DNA of 63,631 nt, counting the filler, from Collodictyon triciliatum (lineage: Eukaryota), in NCBI GenBank assembly GCA_043381765.1. It is 19 parts of 19 records of this genome, joined end to end, with 100 filler letters (N's around TTAATTAATTAA, not from the genome) between each part and the next. Parts side by side here need not be neighbours in the genome. Positions count along the whole stretch, not along the records: positions 37,658 to 41,063 come from JBHJMP010007380.1; positions 41,164 to 44,568 come from JBHJMP010007381.1; positions 44,669 to 48,074 come from JBHJMP010007382.1; positions 48,175 to 51,575 come from JBHJMP010007383.1; 15 more parts are not named here. One strand, given 5' to 3'. This document shows positions 37,887 to 50,429 of this stretch, piece after piece; the first letter of the stretch is position 1, and each line of letters starts with the position of its first letter. The notes below the pieces were generated by a model. The model searched no databases, had not been told where the DNA came from, and was given only the letters and a program-made list of their open reading frames with translations. The translations under genes and the position numbers were made by a program.

Positions 37887-39513
37887 ATGGAGTGCCAGCA
37901 ACCAGTGTGGATTCCAGACAACAGAGTCGCCCAATGTGGGGTTTGCCGTCGTGACTTTGGCCTTGTTCTCAGTCGTGTATGAGTTTTTCTTTGACTTACC
38001 TTTCACCTTGCGTTATTTCCACCTTATTTACTGAGAATCAACAGAGAAAGAGAGAAAAATAATTAACATTCAAACGAACAAGAAGAAGAAAAAAGTGACA
38101 TGGTCAACAAGATTTTTTTTTTCCTTTATTCGATTCAAAGTTGGTCAACAAGAAGATAATGTTTTACCTCGACATCTTCATCGCCACAATCACCTTCCCT
38201 TTTTTTTTTAATTGCCATTTTCGCTTACGTATTTTTTTCTTCATAAGTGATATTATAAAGTACATTCTCTTCAACTTTTCTATGCCAATTAGCACCACTG
38301 TCGAGCTTGTGGATACATCTTCTGCGACCCATGTTCACAAAACCAAATAGCCTTACCACAATTTGGAATGGTGGGGCCACAGCGTGTCTGTAATCCTTGC
38401 CACAAATTCCAGGAGAAACGCCTGCAATACCATTATACTTACATAGAGGCCATCACCCGAGGTTCATCTTTGGGATATTTCTTCGACTAGAAAGCCAAGT
38501 TATAGTAATAGATAACTTGGAAATATTCAAAGAGGAAACCCCGTATGTAGGATGTGTTGTCTGGACTTATGTGAACGGAGACCGATTTGAATCCCATCTG
38601 AGTTTGATGCGCAACGGGCAAGCATTTGTTTGTCGCCAACCAGCAACCCAAATCCCTGTTGAATCGATTCTTTATGCAAGAAAGGGACTTCATTCCAGCT
38701 CTAAGCCAAGCTCATTTTGCTGCTTTGGAGAACAAGGTAAATCTTCATGCTCCATAATTATTAATTGAACAATGAGTAAATAAATCGTATCTTTCTCTTG
38801 CAAGCATCCTTGTAGAAAACTGTACACATTTATTTTCCTCAAGGTAATTACTCAAGATGCATTTTTTTTTTTTACTGACATACTGGCACGTATTAAATTA
38901 TTTTTTTGGGTGGTCCTTTGTATTGCTTGTTTTCAGTGGACGATAGTGTTTGTTTTCACGTTTTATACGGGAAAAATCAGACTCTCAGTTTCGAATTAAC
39001 CTCGAATGAATTGGCAAACTTTTGGTGTGCTGCGGTTTCTGGGGTAAGAGTCACTATTTTTTTCATAAACTCTTGTTTTTGATTAACCAATCTCACAGGG
39101 TTAAAATCTATTCTGGGAGGTGTGAGCTTTTCATTTCCGTTCCGTTTGTTTGATTGACGTTATAGATTTTCCTTTGTTTTCTTTTCCTCTTCTGAACAAT
39201 AGCCTGGGAGAAAAACCTCTGAAATCAGTGACATTACTAGGCACCGGAAGTCCTCAACCAGGCCAATACACCCGGGGCGAACCGCCTGACTTCTCCTCCC
39301 ATGTCACCGCCTATGTCTCCTCCCATGTCACCCCCAATATCCCCTCCCGTCTCCCCACGCGGAGTTGACTCCCAACGAAGTAACTACGCCACCTACCAAA
39401 GCGACGTACCGTATTCACGGCAGCCCACCCAAGAAGAAATAGACAGAGAAGAAAAGGCAAAGGCTAACAGAGCACGTAGAAATGAAATCAAGATGAAGTA
39501 CAGCAAAAACTGA
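37887..39513 (+). CDS. FYVE zinc finger + PH-like domain + Pro-rich tail protein
   Basis: Exon 1 [30 protein letters not shown] splices to [15 protein letters not shown]...QRVCNPC. Later exons read [12 protein letters not shown] and [29 protein letters not shown] (PH-like), ending in TGA at 39513. Confidence 0.85.
38113..38141 (-). mobile_element. 29-nt LINE-tail insertion with a perfect 12-bp target-site duplication
   Basis: TGGTCAACAAGA at 38101-38112 and 38142-38153 flanks T10-CCTTTATTCGATTCAAAG-T, the reverse complement of the LINE terminus plus poly(A). Confidence 0.85.
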
Positions 39514-39804
39514 AAGGAAACTAAAGATGCCAATCTAATTCTATCGGTTCTCCTACCACCGCAGCTCTTATTAAACCCTATTCAAAATCATCATGCGATT
39601 CGATACTTCACCAGTGCGATTGTGGTGCTGAAAGGGCGATGAGTTCTTGAGTTCATTTATTACGTGAAACGTGGGTTGGTGAGTGTATTGTTCTGGAGAA
39701 TAAGCTTTCAGTGGACATGGCATCTTGGCCAAGAGGTACGTGAAGAAATAAAGGGAAGATCGAAAATGGGTGGATGGTGCGTCGTGAGATAACTATTGCG
39801 GTAC

Positions 39805-39891
39805 ATCAGATTCTCATTTCGCCTCTGCGTGTCCCTCGTGGTCCATCTGCTGATCAAGATGAATTTAAGAGATAGAGGTTATAAAGAAAGC

Positions 39892-39925
<34 letters not shown>

Positions 39926-40830
39926 GAAAAATGGATTTTTTTTTTTTTTGCTTTTATTGGAAACATGGACGATTTTTTTTTAGAACATTTAATGCACATT
40001 TTCTGTTCAGTAGGGTCATACATCTTTGTGAGAAGAAACAATCCTGGATGGAACATTTGCAAATCTCTTCATCTTGAAATTACTGACAGCATCGTTATGG
40101 GAATTGTCGGGGACCTTCTTTTTCTCTCCCAATATAACCTTCATTTTTTTCTTGTTGCGTTCATGCTTTTCCAAAAGCTATACGCATATATCGTGCGTCA
40201 ATCAGTATTTTAAGGGGAATGCCAACGTTTTTGGAAGATAAAAAAGGATTTAAGAAACACGAATACAGGGATGAATAGGATTACATCTTTCTCGATTTGA
40301 GCAAGTTTTCTTTGCTGTTCATCTTCAAATTGTTTCTGGTATGTGAATGCTAAAACATCTTTGATGGGAGTTTGAGGCCTATTTGTAAGCCAGAGGATTA
40401 TAAATTATTAACATTAGTTTATTGTTAAAAAATCTAAGTGATACGATGAATGAGATGACTTGACTTCAAAAACAATGCATATATATACAACGGATAAGAA
40501 AATACAATTCTACTTTGTCTTTTCGCCGTAAGAGAAAGTGGGGTCTGACTCTGAGGGCAAAGGAGTCAACGTTTTTGTTATCACCGGCAGAATTCTAGGC
40601 TTTGGAGAATACTCCTACTCCCCATAACGGGGAAAGAACAGAGAAAAGCATAAAACAGTTTATAACTTTGTATCATCTCCACGCAGAAACCAGACCTCGA
40701 CATACCTTGCGAAACTTACAGAACGAACGCGGGGAATAGGCGCCGTTGCGAAGAGAGTCTTTATTCATGGATACATAGTCCACCTCAGGCGACGCAGATT
40801 GCTTTGGAACCGGGGCGGGAATATCAGGCA
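39805..40830 (-). CDS. CFAP77: Cilia- and flagella-associated protein 77-like, 3' part
   Basis: Exons VDYVSMNKDSLRNGAYSPRSFCKFRK, PTFSYGEKTK-PQTPIKDVLAFTYQKQF and FKMKRFANVPSRI resemble CFAP77 motifs as recalled. The 3' end is approximate. Confidence 0.65.
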
Positions 40831-41227
40831 ACGAGAGAACTGCAAAAAAGAAACAAAAAAACAAGTACCGTTTCAGCACACAGAAACGTAATTGCCTCAA
40901 TAAAGCGAGAAGAAAAAGAGAAAAGGAGAAAAAGAGAGAAAAAAAGAAAAAGAAAAAAAGGGAAAAAGAGAAAAAAGAGAAAAAAGAGAAAAAAGAGAAA
41001 AAAGAGAAAAAAGAGAAAAAAGAGAAAAAAGAGAAAAAAGAGAAAAAAGAGAAAAAAGAGAAANNNNNNNNNNNNNNNNNNNNNNNNNNNNNNNNNNNNN
41101 NNNNNNNTTAATTAATTAANNNNNNNNNNNNNNNNNNNNNNNNNNNNNNNNNNNNNNNNNNNNTTTGTTTTGTTTTGTTTTGTTTTGTTTTGTTTTGTTT
41201 TGTTTTGTTTTGTTTTGTTTTGTTTTG

Positions 41228-41261
<34 letters not shown>

Positions 41262-41999
41262 ACCATCTGAGAAGGATCAGGCTATTATGTTATTATCAAG
41301 TACTCTCCATGCAGGCGGGAATTTAATGCGTAACTCGAACGTCAGAAACATAAAATGAAAAATATAACTAAACGCATGGCAAAGAAAGCAAAGGGGAAAA
41401 CCAGAAGATAAGAAAGAAAGAAAAAAGACCTCGGAAGCAGGGTTAGAAAAAAGGGAAAGAAAATGATAAAGGAAAAGGGAAAAAAAAAACAACTAAAAAG
41501 GAGTTAAAATATCATAAAAAGATGTCCAAAAATAAAAAAGAGAGCTGCGAGGTCCTAGGCGAGACACTAGGTGCCTGCTCCAATACTCTGGAATAAACGG
41601 TTCGCTGCCTTCCAAGGCAACCTGGGGCGTTTGAGAGACCGCGTCTGAAAAAGAAGCCTTTACGAGCCTCCCGGCATGAAAACTTCTGTGATCATTCACG
41701 ACCCCAAAGGCACAAACAATAGCCTGTAAGGGGATAATACCGTACAATTAAGACGGGGACTATATCCAATTTTAGTTTCAATGTAATGATACCAATTATG
41801 ATATGGACAAGTAGTATTCTTCGGTCTCTTTTCCAGATTGGTGAAAACAAAAACAAGAAGAAAAAAAACAAAATCCGCAAACTATGTCCAAAGGATTTGT
41901 GTTAATTTTTCTTTTTTAAACCCCAGTTTTATTCGCTTCTCTTTGAGTTTTAATAAATGCGCTATTAAAATATTCATCCTTTTCAATATATTTTTATTT

Positions 42000-43758
42000 T
42001 CATAGGAGAGAAGAACGGCGCCCGGATTCGCGGCCCATTGACGCTAGCGAGCAAATGCGTTGATATCTTCAGTTTCTGCAGTGCCACTAGGATTGGCCGT
42101 TTTCTCGCTTTCTAAAATTGCAGGATTCACGAATTGCAATTTTTTTCTTTTCACTCCTCATTGAATCACATAAATCAGTGAAGCAAATAAAAGAATTTCG
42201 AAAAAGAAAGAAAACCGATTCTCATTTCGGACACAACATCCACAAAAATCCTATCGGGGTCCCAAAGAACATCGTCTTCTACCTGATAACCGTGTGTGAT
42301 AGGATTTATTAGATCTGTACATTTTTATACGGCAAAAATTAAGCCAACTGCATAAAAGATGGCGTGCAATACATAAGGCAGCATTGTTTCAAACCCCTTT
42401 GTGAGATTCAATACTTCCAGAATTACATGCAAACCCCTGACAAGTTCACAAACTCACCAAAAGCGCCTGCGGCATCAATACCGACGTAAGCAAAGAGAGA
42501 TTGACCCCATCAGACTCCATAGTTGAAGGCAAGGAGCCGCGTATGTCCCTGTCTAGTTCCTTGAGAGGCTGCACGCGGTTAGCCCTAGCAAGATTTATCT
42601 CTAAATCAAGATACTTGCGCAAAAAGGGTATGCTTTGGTTGCGTGTTAAACATCTGATTCAGAGAGCAATCATTTTGACAAGAGAACAAAGAACAAAATA
42701 TAATTCACAGCAAAGACAAAGAGCCATAATCATTACTTGAATTGAGCAGGCTCGGCTATAGTTGCCGCAACTTCTTCTTCGTGTGCCTCCTCCAAGTCAG
42801 GGATGACAGGCATCACTTGTATTATTATTATTATTATTATATTTCGTGATAGCAATACATGGGAAATCCATGAAACAAAAAGGTATAATTATGTGACACT
42901 AGAGCCTGGTCTCTCATATGCGAAGGAGAAATACCGTCGTCATCACGGGGCTCAGGAATTTTTCTGTTTGATGAAACAAAGGGGTTATTATGATAAATTA
43001 ATATGCAGTGGTCTATAATAGTAAAAGGTGTCCTAATAATAAAGTAATCAGAATCATAAAATGCATAAACGGACTCATCATTAATGTTTATTCTATGGTT
43101 CATGCGGAGAACTTACGGTACGTCAGGGGCAAAGTTTGAGCTTGATGAAGACGCACCATCGCCCCAACCAGATTTTTTTGAATCTGCTGCAGGCTATATA
43201 TTTTGGGCAATAAAAGAAAAAAGTGAGATAGATGAATGAGATGTAGTGAGAAAAATGCCGCAATGAAGCACTCTATGTGTGAGGAATGGGTAAAGTCATA
43301 AGAATGACACTGAGTCAGATTTTATGTTCCCTGTTCCTTCAACGGGTTGTTTAATCTAAACGCTGTATTACTGGTGGGGGCTTGGTGTCATCGCCATCTT
43401 CTGCTGTCTTCTTTCGCCTTCCAGCGACCTGAATAGAAGCAACAGATTAGAAAAGAACGATAATAATAATAAAATATTAATGATGATAATAATGATGATA
43501 AGAATAATAAAAAAATAAAAATAAAAATAGCATTAATAATTCGGAGAGGAATTTGACATCTATCTGTTTACTAGAGCCCTAAAAAATAAAAAGACAAAAA
43601 AAGGAAAAATAAAAGTAGAAAAAAAGGTTGAAAAAGCGTCGCTCGGGCTGGCTATAAACTGATCGTCTTCGAACTGTAGGCAGACTACTCACGGGTTGAT
43701 GCTCCTTGCGGCGAAAAGCACCCTCAAACTCGGCTGTTTCTCCGCTTTCCAATGACAT
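42000..43758 (-). CDS. IFT43: Intraflagellar transport protein 43
   Basis: Exons read MSLESGETAEF..., KKSGWGD, MPVIPDLEEAHEEEVAATIAEP, NRVQPLKELDRDI, GVNLSLLT and VEDDVLWDPDRIFVDVVSEM, ending in TGA at 42000-42002. Confidence 0.82.
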
Positions 43759-45024
43759 CTGCTGCTTGGTTTCTCAACGAGAGTCTGTCTGACTGATTCT
43801 GCTGTTTGTTTGGGTTGTTGTGATGATGATGATGATCAATGATGGCGATCGGCCGATCTCAACGGACGGGATTTCCACATTATGCGATTGAATATGGCAT
43901 GTTCAATCAGAATGACATGAGAGTTTTTCCGCAGGGCATCCTTGGCGCCAATGTTAGCACTTTTTAATGTAAGGAGCGCGCATGATTACATTTTTTTTCT
44001 CGCCACTCGTGAAATGGTGAGCAGAATCCCGAAGACCGATAAGATATCTCATTCATTAGCTGTAATGGCTCCCATCAGCAATATGAATACCAATTTTTTT
44101 CCCCCTGCGCCGATGAGTACACAGACCAGATTGAACTTGATGTTCGAACACAAAGATGTCATCAAAGCGAAAGGATTCATCCCTTGGTAATCGAGAGTTA
44201 TAAAAATGAAGCAATTCAGCGATGTGGGTATTAAGAATTTAACAGAGGCCTTCTTTGCAAAATGTAACATATTATACAATTCAAAGACACCTTACAAAAG
44301 AAATCAGAAGAAGGGATAATCGTGTAATATTGTTATATTATTGAAACATCCTTGTCTCCTTTCTCCCACACAAAAACTGAGAAAATAAAGAAAGCTTGCT
44401 TGTTCAGACTACAAGGTAAGAGCTTTCTGTTTGTAGGGGGAAATAAAGTACACCAAACTTTCCACCACAGAACAGACAGTTTAGTTTGGCACTCAATTAT
44501 TGCGCAATCTCTTGGTTCCCCATTTATCAGTGGATTTTCATCTTTTTTTTTTTTTTTTTTTTTTTTTTNNNNNNNNNNNNNNNNNNNNNNNNNNNNNNNN
44601 NNNNNNNNNNNNTTAATTAATTAANNNNNNNNNNNNNNNNNNNNNNNNNNNNNNNNNNNNNNNNNNNNCGTTCTGGGGGCTCCCGTCCCTGCATCTGCTT
44701 CAAGTAGAGGGGAAACTCCCTCTTTGAGCTTGACGCAGATAAATTCATGATTCCGCTCAGACGCCTCTGCTTGGTCTGGGTTGCATGAAACGGCGGAGAG
44801 GACAACCGACCATCTCTTATTTTCTTTTTCCACGCACAGACGCCATGTATAATCTCGCGAGGGCGTCGTTTGGGGAGGACGGTTTTGTGGGGCGACGCGG
44901 GAGAGATAATGACTGGTGTCTGGGACAAAGAAAGAAGCAGCATCCCCGTCTGCGGCTGACAGGGGCTGTGTTTGGATGAAGGGAAAGACTGAGACTGACT
45001 CGTGTGCGTTTGAGATCGGAAGCT

Positions 45025-45993
45025 TTATTCGAGAACTTGGACTTCCTCGCCGACTCGCAGAACGCCGTTGCACTGCCGGTCGGGGATGACGTTCATGCCA
45101 AAGTAGACCTTTTGCTTGCTGTCCATGCGGAACTGGCTGAGGGTCTGCAGCGGCTCTGCCCGTTTGTGCCCGAGGAGGATGTTTGGCGCGGTGACCTGTG
45201 CGCTGTCCTGTATTTTATTGTATTTGTATTTGTATTTGTATTTGTATTTGTATTTGTATTTGTATTTGTATTTTGTTGTATTGCATTTTTATTTTATTTT
45301 ATTTTTGTTTTTTTGTCTTGTTTTGTTTTATTTTATTTTTGTTTTGTTTCGTTTTGTTTCGTTTTGTTTCGTTGTATTGCATTTTTATTTTATTTTATTT
45401 TTGTTTTATTTTGTTCTGTTTCATTTTGTTGTATTTTTTTCTGTTTCATTTTGATCCTATTGGTGGTTTTGTACGATTTTCTACAAGCAGCAGGCATTGT
45501 GCAGTTGGGTCTGTGTTTGCTGTTTGGGGTCGGGCGAACCTGCTCAATCGTCGTCATTCTGCAGCGGCTGCACGGCTTCACAAAACGGAACGTGTCGCAC
45601 CCGATTTCAACCCGCCTCCACGTGTCTTCCTGGAACGCGTGCCCTGTGTTTGAAGAGGAGAGGGGCGGGAGTCAGCGAGAATTCGAGGAAAAAGAAGATA
45701 ATGGGAAGCTGAGTGCCGCAGTGGATTTGGGTGGATTTGGGTGGATTTGGGTGGGATAAATCAAGCAGACCTCCGGCAACAACGATGTTTGGGCGGAACC
45801 GATCCATCGGGACGGGCAAAGCGCCGGATTGCTCGAGTCTGGAGTTCAGCTCGCTGAGAGATGGTTGCGAGACGACGAGGAATGGAAATCCGTCCGCAAA
45901 CTTTGTCTGTTGGTGACAGGGTCAGACTCGCGTTGGGGAGCAGATTCGACGAATACACCAGAGATTGGGCAGATATGGGTAGATGATTGAATA

Positions 45994-46043
<50 letters not shown>

Positions 46044-47540
46044 CAACTATCTATCTCAACTATCTATCTCAACTATCTATCTCAACTATCTATCTCAACT
46101 ATCTATCTCAACTAGCTGTGTGAATAGGAGAAGCTCACGTTGTCTCCTTGCAGAGAGTATCGAAGGTCCGTCTGGCGCTTGAATTCAGGGTCCATGCGAA
46201 CTAGACGGATGGCTTCGGGGGGCTGGAACTCGGATTTCTGCGGCGGGAGATTTTGGCTTTGTTAGAAGAGCCCAGCGTGATTTGAGGTAGACTTATCGTA
46301 TTTGAAGTTGTCCCTTCCGGCTTGAGAAGCAATGCATACATGTGCATTGGCCTGAACAAAGGCGGTAATCCACTCAGCTATGTCATCACCCTCGTCGTAA
46401 GCAACGCATTCGTCCTTCCATACATCAACCTGTAAGGTGCAGTCAGTTTTTTCGCACAGAAAAGAAAAGAAAAGAAAAAAGGATACAGATAGATTGTGTA
46501 AAGACAACGTGCATCACTTATATGAGTCATTTTGTAAAATTGCCTTAATTTTCTCGTATTCTGCACCTAGTGGAGGAAACAATAGATTGAATGAAATGAT
46601 GAAATGATTTCTTGCACGCAAGATGTATGTATGTACATGTCGACAAACAATCCAGGAAAGAACTATGCCGCTTACATTTTCTTTTGTTTCGGATCTTGTG
46701 CAGACACACGGGATAGTCTGGTTGGCCTGCCACAGAGAAGCGCAGATGGGTCGGGTTTATGTCCATCTTTTCATCGTGTTTCCCAACAAGGTCGACCTAC
46801 AGACATTCGTGAAAAAGGCTGCACTGGAACGGTTCAGTGAATCGCCAACCAACAAACACATTACCTGCACAAGAGAAAGACATGCGTAGTCTCGCTGGGT
46901 GATGAACCTCTTTGTTGCTGGGTCCATAAACATCCATTCGCGATCTGTTATGAATTGATCATCATTATGGCGTAACTTGCTATCATGGACATGAGCATCA
47001 GTCATCGATTCTTGAAAGGAGATTCCACTTCTCATAACAAAAATAAGAGGCACATCTGCTATGGAAGCAACAATCATATAGCCTTTAAAGCAGCCCAAAG
47101 TACTCGCTGAAACTAATATCATGAAGGTATTAATAATTACCATATAAAAATCCGTGCGAAGAGTAAGGCCATTCCTTTGGAGATATAGGCCGACAGCTCT
47201 TGACAGGATACACATGAATATCAGATACAATTTTCTACAAAGAAAGTAAGAAAGAAAGAAATATTAAAGACCTTTCTAACGAATGCGAGGGACACGGATG
47301 AGCTTTATTCACAGCACAATGTCAGAAGGGGTGAAATAGTAACGAGCAGTTTTGTTTTTCTAATTCGGCATTCATCTGCTTCTTTGTTTTCTTGAGTGGT
47401 GGGTTGCTTACACTTGGTATGAGATCGTTTGAGATGGTGCGCATTGTGTATCGCCAAAACGAGACCGCAGCGGGATGTGTGGCTGAAAAAGCGACTGCCC
47501 CGAGTATTCTCAGCCAGAGAGGAGAGGAGCTTTCTGCCAT
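45025..47540 (-). CDS. MOSC domain protein (mARC/YcbX-like), multi-exon
   Basis: Motifs IYPVKSC, DREWMFMD...FITQR, VDVWKDECVAYDEGDDIAEW, FADGFPFLVVS, MDRFRPNIVVAG, VVKPCSRCRMTTIEQ, YFGMNVIP and LRVGEEVQVLE are present, with TAA at 45025-45027 and a hydrophobic N-terminus. Confidence 0.92.
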
Positions 47541-47741
47541 TCCGCTGTCCTCCCTATGGGTGACAGAGAGTTGTGGATTCCCAAAGGCTGTGTCTGCACT
47601 TTTGCTTCCTTATTGTGTCCGAGTTTTTTTGTTTGCTTTTTTGCTGCTCTGCTTCCCTTTGCTTTGAGTGTCGCTGTGAGAAGAAAAAAAAGCTTTCGCC
47701 TTCATTTGGTGTACATTTGTGGGATTTATAAATTATTTGAT

Positions 47742-48074
47742 TTATTTCAAGGCCAGCTTCCACACAACGTTCCCTGGAAACATAAGCCCATCCTGAAACC
47801 CAAAAAGAATTCCATCTGTCTTGTCGTAGTTGATTTTCCCGCCGACAGCTCGTGTATATTCTCGCATGCATTTGTTGGCGAGTGTGGCGCCTTCGGGAGA
47901 CCGCAAGATGGATGCTGTGTCGTCTGCATATTGAAGTAGCAGTTGGTTGCGGGTCTTGTTTTCGTTTCGGAAGTGGTTTGCAAGGCAGTCAGCAACAAAG
48001 TTGAAGAGCAGTGGTGCAAGTGGGCAGCCTTGATACACCCCGCTCTGTCTTTGAATTGCATACGTAGGTCCGTG
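47742..48074 (-). mobile_element. Non-LTR retrotransposon reverse transcriptase fragment (L1/Tx1-like)
   Basis: Reads SGVYQGCPLAPLLFNFVAD...QYADDT...GGKINYDKT, followed by stops; cut by the scaffold end. Confidence 0.88.
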
Positions 48075-48174
48075 NNNNNNNNNNNNNNNNNNNNNNNNNN
48101 NNNNNNNNNNNNNNNNNNTTAATTAATTAANNNNNNNNNNNNNNNNNNNNNNNNNNNNNNNNNNNNNNNNNNNN

Positions 48175-48903
48175 ATCGTTGAGGGTTCTTACTCCTATTC
48201 CTCCGTTTTCTGGTCTTTGAGTGAAGCACTGCCATCTGTTTTTGATGTTTTTTGTAGTAAGCCACTCTTTCATCTTTAGGTCTATGCTTTGAATCCATCC
48301 TTCAGGGACTTCCGCCCCAGTCACTGAATACAAAGCCTTGGGAAGAATAAAAGTGTTCCAGACAACTTTTTTTCCAGCTGCTGACAGGCCATGTTTTTTC
48401 CAGACATTGATAGTCCTGACAACGCTTAGACTGAGATTGTCCCAGTTGACCTTTATTTTGTGAGGGTCAGTACAAAAGTGGATGCCAAGGTACTTAATGG
48501 ATTCGTTTGATGGTTGCCATGGAATCATAGGTGGGAAGGTATCTATATTGTCCTTCGAGAAGACAACACCTTTGGATTTGGCAAAGTTTGTTCATCTTCC
48601 GGTAGCTTTGTTGAAACGTGACACTGCTTCAATAGCTCTTTGTGCATCCTCTTTGTCTTCCAGGAAAATCATGGTATCGTCTGCGTATTGAGCTATTTGG
48701 ATGTGCGTTGTGGGATTGAGATGTATTCCTCTGGTTGTTGTTTTAACTGCCTTTGCTAGTATATCAGCTATGAAATTGTATATTATTGGGGCGCATGGAC
48801 ACCCTTGGAACACACCTCGAGTCCTAATTATAGGTTTGGTGAAACCGTGGTTGACAATAACTCGAAGTGGGGCGTCCTCGTATGATTTTTGGATATAGCA
48901 GAT
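48175..48903 (-). mobile_element. 5'-truncated non-LTR retrotransposon ORF2 (RT and post-RT region) with an in-frame stop
   Basis: Reads RGVFQGCPCAPIIYN, AQYADDT, then TGA at 48592-48594, then NFAKSK, IKYLGIHF, WKKHGLSAAGKKVVWN and ENGGIGV. Confidence 0.9.
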
Positions 48904-50330
48904 CACTTGACAAGCACGTTTCTACCAACGTAAGCACACAGACAGCCAATAACAAAAGCCAAAGACCAGCACAACAGAACAGATATAATTCATTGAATCC
49001 CTTTGGCGGGACACTCATTCTTTTTACCACACAAACAACAGTATCAACATATGCCAAGCAAACTGAAGAACCCACATGGAATCATGGCTTTATTTTCTAT
49101 AAAAAGGCGAAGGTTTAAACCTAAGCAAGTTTGATATCTTATTTCAAAAAGCCAAAAGACTTTATCGAGAGACGGGTAGCCTATCAAATGCTGGGAAATA
49201 ATATTAACTATAAAAGATACAAGCAAGGACACAAACCGATTTCTTCCAGCAAACCTATATGTGTTTGGCTTAGTTCTTGCCTTGTTTAATATCTGGTTCA
49301 ACCGCTACTCATCATCCCACCACTCAAAAAACTCATGAAAACTCTTGAAAACTCAATTGCGTATCCATGATAAAGAATTTAAGTTTTCTAATTTTATGTG
49401 CCAATTTGTCAGGGCTCTCATTTATACAGCAACCTGCAAGCCAAGAAGAACTGGGACTATTCAAGTTATGGAGCATCCTGTAGCAGAGATTTTTTGGCCA
49501 TGCATCCACACTTTCTGAGCTACCCAAATCTCCATATTCACTTTATTCTTTTATCTTCATATCTATAGCTTTAGTTTTATTATTATTTATGGTGTATATT
49601 GGACTGTAATCCCATCAAGTGCAGCTTGGGAAAATTTTCACGGGCATGACGGCAACTGAGACATTGGTTGCTCTGTTGTCCACATCGCACTCACTTGGAC
49701 GGATTCTATTAAAGACGCAGCCATTAAGTATAGCTTATTTAGTCACATACTTTTTATCATTTCGGTTATTTTGATCATTTTGCCTAGCTCTTCTCAACTC
49801 AGGCTTTTTATGGAATTCATTTAATAGTGACAAAATACAACATATTCTGATCTATATAAAAATTACATGCCCTCTTCCCTCTATATATTTATCAAGCGAA
49901 GCTGCTGTCAATTTAACATGCCTGGGAGCATGCTATCAGGATAACAGACTAAGCAACCCATCGTTGATTGTGCTCGGGGAATCGCTATGATTAAGGGTAA
50001 GTGATCAATTATTCATGGTTGTCTTCTTAACTACCATTGTTACTTTTTTTTTTTTATCAATAGCAGGCCGTATCAAAATAAATGACAATATTTATTTTAT
50101 TTGTCATGTTTTTATAAACGATACCTAAATGACCCTCAATGTCCATATGATAGAGAAAATGGTAGAGTTGTGACCAAAAAGGCAGGAAAAGCTCATCTAT
50201 AATGACTGAACTCCTTACAACTGAAGCTGATCATTTAGCACCAGAGATGTAATATTGAAACCTTTTAACAAGTAAGGTGTATCAAAAAATACTTTTTTTA
50301 TTCACGCCATATGATGTAATTTTTAAATGA

Positions 50331-50429
<99 letters not shown>

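Noticed and set aside
41695-41740. SECIS-like hairpin (ACGA...AAA...GGAT)
   Set aside because: The core is non-canonical, the stem is weak, and no upstream UGA-containing selenoprotein frame could be identified.
46262-46264. In-frame TAA in the MOSC gene suggesting stop-codon reassignment
   Set aside because: It lies in a GTATGC..CCGCAG intron, and other genes end normally in TAA, TAG and TGA.
48592-48594. In-frame TGA in the RT as readthrough or selenocysteine
   Set aside because: The copy is a truncated retroelement, so a nonsense mutation is the simpler explanation.
47742-48903. The two adjacent RT fragments as one element
   Set aside because: They are separated by the artificial spacer and both encode the same RT subdomains.
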